Shown here in pieces: positions 1-10,724 of a DNA stretch of 64,000 nucleotides (positions are counted from its first letter, which is position 1; every line of letters starts with the position of its first letter). Below the pieces are notes generated by a model. It saw only the letters and a program-made list of their open reading frames with translations, did not search any database and was not told where the DNA came from. Source of the DNA: Rhodosorus marinus CCMP1338 (taxonomy: Eukaryota > Plantae > Rhodophyta). Location: NCBI GenBank assembly GCA_029953675.1, contig JAMWBK010000005.1, positions 62,001 to 126,000 on the forward strand, in the 5' to 3' direction. Made by a program: the position numbers and the translations under genes.

Positions 1-99
1 CTGGGTTTATGTTTGGTTAGTGGCTTGCCACGCCCGTATACCACGCTTTGCTCAGATTTTGGACTTCTTTCTGTTGCGGAGCCACCTCTTTTACTCCCC
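1..99 (+). ncRNA. U2: U2 snRNA 3' half, diverged and cut by the window edge (probable pseudogene)
   Basis: Aligns by eye to the 3' half of the U2 copy at 63527-63730 (gtggcttgccac stem III tip; ends ttttactcccc). The loop IV TTGCACT is mutated to TTGGACT. Confidence 0.75.
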
Positions 100-258
100 A
101 AGTCCTAGGCTAAAGCTGGAGAGGAGGATTGGGGTTTTGTTTCTTTTTCGGTCGCGAGCGTGTTCGTTTACGGGAAGCGCTTCCTCTGGTACGCCTTCCC
201 CTCGATTTTCCGCGGTGCGTTGTTTGCAATTGCAACTACTTTTTTCTTCCGGGATGGT

Positions 259-1614
259 AGCGATATCTCCGCGCTCGACGGAGCCTCATCCCAAGGAGGC
301 ACTGCCAGGTGGGGGACTCCGTGTTCGCCTCAGCAGCGGCACCTTTTCTTCCGAGGTTGACTTGGAAGGCGCTTCTGGCACCCAGGCGCGTGCACTTATC
401 TCCGCTGTCACCAGCCTGATCACGGCTGCGAGTGATCGTGGAGTGCTCCCTCAGCTCACCCAGAAGCCAGGTGGGCTGGAATCGGGATTGCTGGCCAGGT
501 CAAATTCAAATTCGGACGAGAATTTGAATTGCACCAGAGTGGCAGCGTTGGCTGAAGGCAGTCAACATCAGGTCAATCAACATGAACCTGTCCCGGGACA
601 GGCGAGGGCGCTTGCTGCTGCGCGGGACAGTACGACGTTGGGGAGCGGCAGGCAGGGCCAAAACGCGCTTCAGCGCTCGGGGACTCGAGGCAATGGTGGT
701 GGTGACTGTGCGGCAACCGGTGTGGAGGAGACTGGAGCTGTGGAGTTCCCTCTGGACTTCCCTCTCTTGGACCAGCCCTCAGGTGGTCACCAGCTCCCGG
801 CTACTGCGGGGGCACGTGGTGGCCGCAAGGGGGGCCCTTCGTACGCATCAGTCTTGCGGAAGGGCACCACTGCCACACGTACGACGGCTATGCTCCGTTT
901 CCTACCATCTCGCGAGCCTCAGGGTGGACCTGTGGAGACCACTCTCCAATTTCTGTGGGTGCGAAATGTCCGGCGCAAAACTACACGAGGCCAGGTTCCG
1001 TCTATGCGAGATTTCCGGGACACTTTTGCGGAATCGTTAGGGTGCAGCCGGGGTGATTTCTTCTTCGCAAAATATGAGGGCCGCGATGTGCTGTTTTTGG
1101 TCTCCGCAACCGCCGCCAAGTACCTGGAGGCTTTGCTGGCGAAGCCTAGCAGTGGCCTGAGAGCGCCCGGTGGCTGCGCTGCAACTCGCAGGTGGTTTTG
1201 CATTTCGATTTTGTCCGTTTCTCGGGCAATTTCCTGTCTCCGGGAGAAACGGCAGGGCTCGCTGAGCATGAGAGCAGCGTGAAGGCGGCAGCGATCCATT
1301 GGCTACGGATTCAGCGCCTTGAGAGGATCTTGTTGGAGCGGTTCCGGTCGGGCCCTCGTCACCTGCGCATGGCGGTGTCCAGCTTCTTCGATCTGGAGAG
1401 GCGACTTGTGCTGACTTCGCGCTACAAGACAGAGCTGCAGCGGTTGGGGATTTTGGAGGGCTCTGCTTCCAGCAGCACTTCCAGCGAGAGTGGTGAGGCA
1501 GGGGAGCATACTGAGGGCATGTCGGTGGAGGACGCCCAGGTTACTTTGCTGCAGCCCGGGGATCCGTTCCGCGAGCCTCGCGGAGTGGGCGGCTCACGAC
1601 TTTGGTGCGGATAG
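259..1614 (+). pseudogene. Family A ORF1-like protein, frameshifted (frames 20..1282 and 1192..1614)
   Basis: The segment WVRNVRRK...DFRDTFAESLG resembles family B ORF1 TLRNVRPP...DFTTVLCRALG. It lies upstream of the RT ORF. Confidence 0.5.
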
Positions 1615-2096
1615 GAGGTAAGAGAGCGAGGACCGACTCCCCCGGGTCTAAGGGGGAGAAGCACGATTAGCGCTCCAGGCACGGCTGCGAGGTCGCAGCC
1701 TATGGATCTACAGTCTTATGTCCTGAAGGAGGGCGGAGACTGGGGCATTTGGCGTACGCGTTTTCGGAGTTGGCTCCGGCGTGGATTTCTTTGGAAGGAG
1801 GCTCGCTTCCCCTCCGTGGGGATTCCCCCAGTCGTCCTCCCTCGTGGAGACCTTCTAGTGGCTGGAACCATTCTCGATTTCATCTTCACGAGCCTGGCTC
1901 GTAACATTCGGGACACAGTCATTTGGGTTTTTCTGGGGGTCATGCCGCGGCTGATTCTGGCCCCCACACACATCGGAGCGCAGATGGCGAGTACGAGACC
2001 GACTGGCCCGGGGCTAGCCTCTCCGTCATCGGCAAGAACTCGGTCGAGGGGAGAATCCTCAATCGCTTCGGCTCGTCCCCATAACTGCTCCCTCCA

Positions 2097-2750
2097 GTAA
2101 CCGTAAGCTTTACTGGGCAGCTGCCTACTGCAGCGCAACACTACGTCTAATCCTATCTAGGGAGAAACTTACTGGAACCCCGCTACCGGGGTCTCATGCT
2201 ATGTTCAAAAGAAAAAACACGCACCAGCGGATTCTCCAACTGCTCCACGCGCAAAGCGCCTACTGCTATCTCTGCGTTACCTCGCCATAGTTGCCGGTTT
2301 ATCTGCGATCTCACGTCTCTCAGCTCCTCACTCCTGTGCAGTAAGTGTTTGCAGCTGTCCCGGAGGAACTCTTGTGCCATTTGCCCCGTACGCCCAAACG
2401 TCTCTATCGCTATCGGGATGAACTTGTCATCCGGTTTCTCCATCACCATCGCTTCCTTGTAGTGAGCGATTTTCCACTTCTCCGCAGCCCTCGCCGCGTA
2501 TCCGCTATCATCTTGGCTCCGCCGAAAATATTTTCCCTGTAATGGTGACACCACCGTCACATCCAGCGCATACCTTTGTTTGGTCCTCGGATGCCTAGCA
2601 ACGATATCAGGTCGCAGTCCGTAGTTCTCGAAGTACCCCTCAGGTTCTTGCTCTACGTCCATGAAGTTCCATCGCCTTAGCCACCGTGCCAGCTCTCTGC
2701 AGATTTCGTCGTGCCTACGTTGCCACAGTCCAGTTGATGTTGGGCAGTGA
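2097..2750 (-). mobile_element. Family B 3' fragment (RLE domain plus 3' UTR) inserted in family A
   Basis: ORF 2183..2755 has HC..RRHDEI, RPDIV, ALDVTVVSP and AEKWK RLE motifs. The 3' UTR matches the other B copies. Confidence 0.9.
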
Positions 2751-2926
2751 TGCAAGTTTTATCATCTTTTTAGTTACCTTATTGAATGAACTTTGTTTTT
2801 GGTTTCGTGAGGGTGTATGGTGCTGGCTTTTGGTGGTTTTGAGTAGCAATTGTGTTCTTCGGTGGGAGGTGCTTCTTTCTGCAGCCTTTCCCCCGCATCT
2901 TCTAGTGGTGTGGTGCGTGCTGGGGG

Positions 2927-5818
2927 TTGCTAGCGCCCCTTGGAGGTCGTGGTGGTTTTTCTTTGGTTGCAAACGTTGGGAACAAGTTTTCTTTTTGGGG
3001 GTTTCGTGGGGGAATAGGTTTTTCACACCTTCCAATCGTTATGGTTGGGGTTTCCCCACCCATTCCGTCGGACGGAGCCGTTCTCTCAGCGCGCGTGGAG
3101 CTCAGCGTGGGCGGGTTTAGTACCGCGGCCACCCTCACGGACTGCGCTGACGAGTTGGCCCATGGGATCTGCTCGAAAATGACGAGTCTTCTTGTGACTG
3201 CTTCCCAGGAACACCGCCTGCCGCTGCTGATCGCCTATTTGGAGCGCTTCTCCGCCTCCGCGCCTGCCCCATACCCCCCGGTGCCCGTCCCCGCGGATCC
3301 GCACAGTACAACGGGGCCTGCCTCCAACCGACCCGAGCGCTCCGCTCCGGTCATTCCTGATTCCGACTGGCCTAAGGGCCGTTCCCCAGGGCCCTCGGGG
3401 CTGCGGGTGGAATATCTCCGTTTCTTAAGTGATGAAGGTTTGCAGGCGTTGGCGTGGGTGGTCGAAGCGCTTGTGAATGGTGATCCCCTGTGTGAGTGTG
3501 CGTGGTTCTTGGTCGGGCGTTCGCAGTTGTGTCTGTTTTCGAAGCCCGGTCACACGGCCTCGAGCCCTGCTATTCGCCCTATTGGCCTGGTTGAGGTGGT
3601 CCGCAAATTGGCGGCGCGATGGTTAGTGAAAATCCTGGTTCCCGACTCCCGCCGTTTCTTTGGGCACGTGCAGTTAGGCGTGGGCTATCGTGGTGGCTGT
3701 GAGTTGTTGTCTGTTTCACTCCGTTCGGAAATGGCGTACTCTCCAGATTCTGGGCTCCTCTCTGTAGATTTTACCAATGCGTTCAAGCGCGTCTCTCGTC
3801 CGGCTCTCATGCACGTGGGGCGCGAAGTTTTCCCTGTAGGCTTTCCCTTTGTTAATAGACTTTATTCTCCGCTTGGTCGTGGGGCTACCTTTGACACCCT
3901 TGGCGCTTCCTCACACACGTTTGCGTCGCGCACAGGGGTACAACAGGGTGATCCCTTGTCCCCTTTCCTACATGCCTGTGGACTACAACTCGTCTTGCTT
4001 TGTCTTCGCTCCGAATTCCCGCAGGTTCGTACGGTTGCATACCACGACGACGTGTGCCTCCTGGGGCCCCCCGATACTCTAGCGCTCGCTTATGATCGTC
4101 TCCGCTCCTTGGCTTCGCGGGTTGACTTGGAGGTTAATCATCACAAATCGTTCTACTGGGGAGGTGTAGCTGCACAAGAGCAGCAGGTACCTGCGTCGTT
4201 CCAGGATATTTGGAGACCGGATGGTTTTGTCCACTTAGGCATCCCCTACGGGTCGCCGTCCTTCGTTGAAGGCGAGTTCCTGCAGCTCCTCGGTAAGCAC
4301 AGACAGCTGGTTGCAGAGCTTCGCCGGCTACCTCCGGGCTTTCTCCAGTGCTCGTTGTTGCTGTTTCGGTATTGTTGCAGTCAGCGGTTAACCTATTGGC
4401 TCCGCTCACTTCCAACTCATTGGGGCCGGTGGTTGGCCACTCGTGCGGATGCTGAAAGTTTCCGTGCCCTTGGGTTTTTTCTCGATGAGGAGCTGAGCGC
4501 TCTGTCGCGACCCACCTGTGATGTTGTGCGCGCCCAGGTAGGCCTCCCATTGCGATTGGGGGGACTGGGCCTCTGCAACCGTGTTGTGGTCCAACCCGCA
4601 GTCGCAGTAGGGGCCTGGGGAACCGCACTTCCCACTTTGAGCAGTTTGGGTATCTCGAAGTTCCGCAATTTGATGGCGAGCCTCTCGCGGGGTGTCTTGC
4701 TTCCCAGCGTACCGGAAAGCGCCCAAGACTTATTTCTGGAGCTCCAAACCGCCCTGAATTCCTGTACTAGTCTCCCCGAAACCGTTCAACCCCGTCTTCC
4801 TGACTGGCGAGCTGTATTTGACCGCTCTCGAGGCTCCGCCCCGGGGATTCGTCCTGCGCCTGAACCTGTTCTAGGGGAGATTGACCCAGTGGTTGCCGCA
4901 GAAGAAGAAGTTCCAGTTGATCCTCCTGATGATTCCCAGCGCGCTGGGAGCCGAGCTCAAGCACGCACGGATGCGCTGCAAAATATCCTTTCTTGGGACT
5001 TGCACCGTGCTGCATATGGCAGACTCTTCGCGCAGATGGTCTCATCTTCTCGCGCTCGCGCCCGCCTACGTAGTCTTGGAGGGGTTATTAGCTCTCAGTG
5101 GCTCATGACCGTACCAGCCTTTCCGCCACTCACACTGTCGGATTTCGAAGTGCGTACTTCACTGCGCTTATACCTCGGCTTACATCAGCCCCCTTGGCCG
5201 TACGAGATGGGTTCGTCGTGCCCTCTCTGCTCTCAGACTGAAGACAACGCAGATTTTGGCGCCCACCTGCTCGCTAGTTGCCCGGCGGTGAAAGGTGCTC
5301 GAACCCGCCGCCATACACGGATCTTGAACCTGTTATACCGGGAACTTCGGCCTATAGTCCGGCAAGCCGGTCTGGAAATCGAACGTGAGAAACCTTTACC
5401 CGTCGCGGACTTTCAAAATGATGAACGCCGTGTAGCCGACCTGGTGATAACCTGTGACGACAGCCGCCGTACCACATACGTTGATCTTGCTGTTCCTAAC
5501 CCTCAAGCTAGTCGTTATCTTCCGGCTGCGGGGGAGCGCCGTGGATCTGCCGCCGCCAGCATGAGACGCCGCGAAGAGATCAAATACGCGGGGGCTTTGT
5601 CTTCCCCTGGTGTTCGTGCTTCGGCACTAGCACATCGCTTGGTACCCCTGATCATTGAGTGCTTTGGGTTCATGGACTCTGTTGGTTCTCGCTGGCTTCG
5701 GGAGTTGTTCCGCGAACGCCCTGACCGTCTTCAATCGTTGTTTACCCGCTTAAGTTTCCTGCTGTGGCGCATGAATGCCGCTTTGATGTTGGAGGCGCGA
5801 GTTCTTCGCCGCACTTAG
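2927..5818 (+). CDS. Family A RT-RLE polyprotein (true N-terminus probably at 1702, separated by the B insertion)
   Basis: RT motifs PGPSGLR, RPIGLVEVVRKL, QLGVG..GGCE, VDFTNAF, GVQQGDPLSP and YHDD; thumb LPLRLGGLG; CPLC..H...C knuckle, RRH, ADLVI and YVDLAV. Confidence 0.92.
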   Translation: MLAPLGGRGGFSLVANVGNKFSFWGFRGGIGFSHLPIVMVGVSPPIPSDGAVLSARVELSVGGFSTAATLTDCADELAHGICSKMTSLLVTASQEHRLPLLIAYLERFSASAPAPYPPVPVPADPHSTTGPASNRPERSAPVIPDSDWPKGRSPGPSGLRVEYLRFLSDEGLQALAWVVEALVNGDPLCECAWFLVGRSQLCLFSKPGHTASSPAIRPIGLVEVVRKLAARWLVKILVPDSRRFFGHVQLGVGYRGGCELLSVSLRSEMAYSPDSGLLSVDFTNAFKRVSRPALMHVGREVFPVGFPFVNRLYSPLGRGATFDTLGASSHTFASRTGVQQGDPLSPFLHACGLQLVLLCLRSEFPQVRTVAYHDDVCLLGPPDTLALAYDRLRSLASRVDLEVNHHKSFYWGGVAAQEQQVPASFQDIWRPDGFVHLGIPYGSPSFVEGEFLQLLGKHRQLVAELRRLPPGFLQCSLLLFRYCCSQRLTYWLRSLPTHWGRWLATRADAESFRALGFFLDEELSALSRPTCDVVRAQVGLPLRLGGLGLCNRVVVQPAVAVGAWGTALPTLSSLGISKFRNLMASLSRGVLLPSVPESAQDLFLELQTALNSCTSLPETVQPRLPDWRAVFDRSRGSAPGIRPAPEPVLGEIDPVVAAEEEVPVDPPDDSQRAGSRAQARTDALQNILSWDLHRAAYGRLFAQMVSSSRARARLRSLGGVISSQWLMTVPAFPPLTLSDFEVRTSLRLYLGLHQPPWPYEMGSSCPLCSQTEDNADFGAHLLASCPAVKGARTRRHTRILNLLYRELRPIVRQAGLEIEREKPLPVADFQNDERRVADLVITCDDSRRTTYVDLAVPNPQASRYLPAAGERRGSAAASMRRREEIKYAGALSSPGVRASALAHRLVPLIIECFGFMDSVGSRWLRELFRERPDRLQSLFTRLSFLLWRMNAALMLEARVLRRT

Positions 5819-6463
5819 TCTTTTTTACCCCTCGGGGTTGTTTTTTTTCAGCCTCCGATTAAACCATTCGTTCGATAGCAACCTTGATCAGATTTATACT
5901 CTCCTAGCCGGACGGGTTGGTCCAGTTTCGACTTGTCCAATCTTCAAGTCTACCTTTTAGCATCACGATCGCGGACAACTCGAGAGAATCTGAGCCCCTT
6001 TTAGAGAATCCGCCTAGGCTTGCCTACTGTAAATAGCCCATGAAAACCCCCTTATGGAGTCGAACTCGAGGTACTGCTCGCTGTTCTCTCCTTCATGAAC
6101 GTGAAGGCGGTACTCATATCGCCGCTCGTTCCCAGCACTTCAACTTAAGACGTTTTTTTGTGATGGTGTGCAGCCTTGGCCGCGTCTTGGACGAGACTAA
6201 AATCTCCTCCAAACCCCATTCCAAAAACACAAAACCGGGCGCTTACTCGGTACCCACCACAACCCAGACCGTAAGTTGGTTTCTAATCTCTCCGAGTAGC
6301 CCTGGCAACATATCGGTATATACGTTATCTAAGCAAAACTGATATTTGCAGAGGCTGTCATAGGCATATTCCTCCTCCAATTCATGATTAGATTGAAATC
6401 CTTAGCTCCTCTATTCAATCGTTCTACCAAGACAGGTTCGACCAACCCTCCCCCTCTCCCAAG

Positions 6464-6664
6464 TCCGAACGAATGGTTTAATCGGAGGCTGAAAAAAAAA
6501 CCCCGAGGGGAAAAAAAGACTAAGCGCGGCGAAGTACTCGCGAGTCCAGCGCATTGATGTACGTTCGCTTTGATGTTGGAGGCGCGAGTACTTCGCCGCG
6601 CTTAGTCTTTTTTTCCCCTCGGGGTTTTTTTTTCAGCCTCCGATTAAACCATTCGTTCGTTCGA
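6464..6664. repeat. Two family A 3' ends in inverted, divergent orientation
   Basis: About 6464-6543 (-) and 6566-6664 (+) are reverse complements of the A terminus, separated by about 20 nt. Confidence 0.9.
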
Positions 6665-7076
6665 TGAATATGTCTATCTGACGGGCTTACACCATCGGTG
6701 GTTATCCCCATGGCTCCCACTCATTTTTTAAAGTTTCTATTCGTCCATCCAGTAAAGCTTTTTCTTTAACTTCTTAGACGAAAAAGGGTTTTTTATTTCT
6801 CATACGATAATCTATCCCTGTAATATTGGAATACTTTCCTACCCTTTTCTATTTTACCAAAATATTGCGATATTGCTCATTGAGTTGGTACTACAATCTG
6901 TTTTGATTGCAAATAAAGTCAATGATGTGTTTCAAAAAGAGACGCTTTGAATTTATTTTGCAATCTTTTTGTGAGCAGCCTATGAAATTGTGAGATGAGA
7001 ACAATTTAATTGGTCTTCTGTTTACGTGGAATGTCCAGACACGTCCAACGCAGGCAGCGCGATCAAGATCGTCGTC

Positions 7077-7237
7077 GAATGAATGGTTTAATCGGAGGCT
7101 GAAAAAAAAACCCCGAGGGGAAAAAAAGACTAAGCGCGGCGAAGTACTCGCGCCTCCAACATCAAAGCGGCATTCATGCGCCACAGCAGGAAACTTAAGC
7201 GGGTAAACAACGATTGAAGACGGTCAGGGCGTTCGAT
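7077..7237 (-). mobile_element. Family A 3' fragment fused to U2
   Basis: Encodes ERPDRLQSLFTRLSFLLWRMNAALMLEA, followed by the A 3' UTR and a cattcattc tail. Confidence 0.92.
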
Positions 7238-7397
7238 GGGGAGTAAAAGAGGTGCTCCGCAACAGAAAGCAGTGCGAAATCTGAGCAAAGCGCGGTAAAC
7301 GGGCGTGGCAAGCCACTAACCAAACATAAACCCCTCCAGAAAAATATTTGTAACAAAAGCATCTAAAATTTAGATGCATCAAGTTGTTACACTTGAT
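7238..7397 (-). ncRNA. U2: U2 snRNA retrocopy, 5'-truncated (starts at stem IIa)
   Basis: atcaagTGTAACAActtgat (stem IIa), gcatctaaattttagatgc (IIb), TTGTTACA (IIc partner), Sm-like AATATTTTTCTGG, then stems III and IV. Confidence 0.88.
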
Positions 7398-7454
7398 CGT
7401 CGTCAGGGTCAACATCATTTATTCCAGCCGTGCGGATGTCAACCGATGATGTTG

Positions 7455-7620
7455 AATTGTTTAGTAGGAGACTGCAACAAAAAAAAACAGAGTGGAACAG
7501 AGACGAATTGCCACGAAGGTTGCGCGCCTCAAAGATCAAAACAGCGTTAATACGCCACAACAAGAACTCAATCGAGTAAACAAGGATTGAGACGGTCCGG
7601 GCGTTCGAGGAAGAATCAGC
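7455..7620 (-). mobile_element. Old, degenerate family A 3' end
   Basis: Diverged match to the ERPDRL...WRMNAAL coding segment and the T-rich 3' UTR. Confidence 0.6.
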
Positions 7621-8389
7621 GACGTGCCGCTTTGATCAATCATATTGACTGGGGACTTTCATGTTCTCCTTGCCTCGGTCTGTGGGTGCAGACAGAGTAC
7701 AGGTCCATCACCAAGTGTTCCAAGAGCAACGTCACGATAAGAGCTTTACCTACTCCGTTCAAGCCCTTTGGGTTCGGTTGATAGCTTGTTCTGTTCTTGT
7801 CGCTCTCGTATGTAGCACTGTACCATCATCCACTAGGCGTTCCGCAGCTGTGGACCACGCGGTCTAAGACATCGCCGCCATACGCTAGTCAGAAACTGAG
7901 ATGCACGTTGAGCTTTTGCGAGTTGAGGGTTCGTTTCTGTCGCTGGCATACGGGAGGTGCGAAGTAGTCGGCCTAAGGGGTTGCGCTGCAGACGATGAAG
8001 TGTTCCCACACCATGGCGACCCTTCCGTACATAATAGCGGTCATCTGCGAAGAAGAGACCAGGTCGTCTGTAACCAAGTACAAGACTAGGGAGTACAAGG
8101 CGAGTAAAGTCCAGACTAGGGAGAGCGGATATGAACAGGCATGACAGGTCCGCCATTTACGTGAAAGGCCTTGCATTGGCTCCTCAGGGCTCACTGGTGC
8201 GCCACTAGCATTGGAGGGTCAAGTTCCGAGGCTAATCGACCACGGTCTAACACGACAGGCGTCTTGGCGTGTTGTCCTCCTTCGCGGCTTGGACTTGGGC
8301 GGAGGCAGTGCTGGCCGTTGTCTCGGTGAGGGGTTCCGTTCTCTCCCGCTCCAGTGTGTGGGGTTGGGCATTTATCATCGTCGAGGGCG

Positions 8390-8680
8390 GCACAAGTTCA
8401 AGATTTTCGAAGGGTACCCGAGTGCCCGAATCAAGCCCCCGTTGAGCGTGCCTCTTTCCGTACTGTGTGGGTCCGTTGCTGGACTATTATCATCTCCGGT
8501 GCCTGGCCCCTCCTTTGGTTCTCTTCTTTCTACTGAGGCGGACACAATGACAATGCACGAGTTGGATACGTTGTGTGGAAGTCTGCTTGTTCTCCAAGGG
8601 CTCTTACAGGTGGAGCCGGATATTGTGAATGCCCAAATTCGTTGACCTAGCAAGTGGGGTGGGCTTGGCTCCGGCACCAG
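8390..8680 (+). pseudogene. Diverged family D RT thumb fragment
   Basis: TEADTMTMHELDTLCGSLLVLQGL...AQIR nearly matches ORF 35558..38095. Confidence 0.8.
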
Positions 8681-8709
8681 ATTGTCCAAAAAATCGTGGC
8701 GATTCACGA

Positions 8710-10030
8710 ATCTTCTATATTTAGTTTCCAAATGAAAACCCGTGCTGATTGTTTGTACAGAAACGAGGAACGAAGATAGTACGGTCCATCCCTTATTTTG
8801 AAAGGAAAAGGATAATTCTCGCCTTGAGCGGGGTCTTCTGGGAGTTTTCTAGAGCTCTCTGCGCATTTTTTTTTATTTTCTAGGACAATCATTTTCGAGT
8901 GAAAGACGATGTGCTGACTGCTGAATTTTGGCTCTGGCATTGAATGGAGGTTACTTTTGAGTATGGCAGGCTGTCACTCTTGATTATTCTTTGCGAGAGC
9001 AATGAACCGCCGATTGGCGGCAAGTGGGTACGATATGATGTCGAAAATCCAAATAGTGAAAGTGGATTGAAGAAAAAACAAGAGAGGATTTGTGTTTTGA
9101 GCTTCACCATCGAATCGTATAGAACGATTATCGGGAAACCGTATCAAGAAGAGAAATTGTTGATGATGATCAGTTTATTCAGAGCCTAACTACCCTGAGA
9201 AGCGAAAAACAAGACGCTGATGACGAGCGTCGAACGCAGCCGGGGTTGTTAGTTCTCTAGTAAATCGAACAAGAGAGCCGCGTTGGAACGCCACAAGGTC
9301 AAGGACAGCTCCATGAGGAGGCTATCAAGACGACTATCTTCAACCGTTCCCATCGCTTTCGCAATCGAAACGCTCGTTCGCTCCTACTTGTCGTGGATTG
9401 TTCGTGTCGAACCCTCTTTCTCGGGCGATTTTGGAACAGCAAGCTGCATCGCATATTGCCTGAACGATTCCAACAGCTCTAATAACCATTCATTCATTCA
9501 ATACACTTGAGTTTTATTTCCTATAATCAAGGTGTTAAATATAGATCCGATAGCTCGCGTTTTACATCACCGGTTTATTCCGAGCAACCCTGACAAGGAG
9601 AGAGAAATTGAAATTGAATGCTTGGCTCGGAGACTGAAAGATAATACCTGTTATTATTTTATATATTCTATATAAACTGTAAGCTGCGGTCAACACCGCA
9701 TTAGATATTCACAAATAACTACTGATTATAGTGTTTTATTGTATTTATTACCGTTTGTCTTCGATCTTCAGGTGAAAACCCTGAGCGATAAAAGACTAAG
9801 CGAACGAAGGTCTTCTATATTTAGTTTCAAAACTAAAACCCGCGCAACCCGCTAGTTGTACCTGTAGCAACATGGAACTAAGATAGCACGGTCCTTCCCT
9901 TATTTTGGAAAGAAAAGGATAATTTCCACTTAGAACGAGGTCTTCTGGGAATTTTTGGAACCCTCTACGTATTCTGTGTGTTTTTGGAACAATCAATCAC
10001 TTTCGAGTGCAAGACATTATACTGACTAGG
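8710..10030. repeat. Diverged ~230-bp direct repeat (about 8710-8940 and 9808-10030)
   Basis: Both copies start tcttctatatttagtttc and share aaaaggataatt...ggtcttctggg. Confidence 0.7.
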
Positions 10031-10724
10031 CGGGAGAATTTAACGTGTTTGTTGCAAAGGCCCGGAAAAAGAAACTGAGTCCCCCTAGAGAGCAGGGGTT
10101 CTGCGAGAGAAGACCCCTGTCTATGCGGTTTTGATTCTTGAAGATCTGGATCTTTGAGAGGAAATGCTGATGAGAGAAAACCGTCCGCTGCGCAGGAGCA
10201 GATTCTGCAAGACCGAGGCGCGATGGTTCCTTTATTGGTAGAGAGTGAGGGAAGGGCCATTTTGGTTGTTTTGGAAGGTCTAGATCTTTGAGGGGCAGGA
10301 AACGCAGCTGACAGAAATCCTTCCGGTTCACGGGTGCAGATTCCGGAAGCAGCAAGGCCGAGTGCACGCAGGAAATAAAACAAATTAATGATTGGGAAGT
10401 AGCTAGAGCTCAACATTGCCATTTTCTACTTTTTCTTCTGAGATTTCGACTACTAGATGCAATCTATGCCGCCGCGCAGATTGGCGCCTGGGTGGACGAA
10501 TTTCCACTGCGACAGGAAACAGGTGCTCGTTTGCGCGATTGGGAGTGATGACAAAGGGCTAGTCAAATGTATAAGAAGGATCCAACTAGCTTTTGCGAGT
10601 GAATAATCCCGAAGAGAAGGACTATTCAGAAGACTAAACTGACTTTTCTAGGTAAAAAGATTGGACTAGATCCGTTGAAAGGGTGAGGGGTGGAGACATA
10701 TACTCGTGTTAAAATTGAGATTCA

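Larger units (their letters stand above)
107..5875 (+). mobile_element. Family A CRE-like non-LTR retrotransposon, near full length, disrupted
   Basis: 5' start aggctaaagctggag is shared with the copy ending at 17420. Contains ORF1-like frames, an RT-RLE ORF, and a 3' UTR cccctcgggg...cagcctccgattaaaccattcgttcg that recurs many times in the window. Confidence 0.85.
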
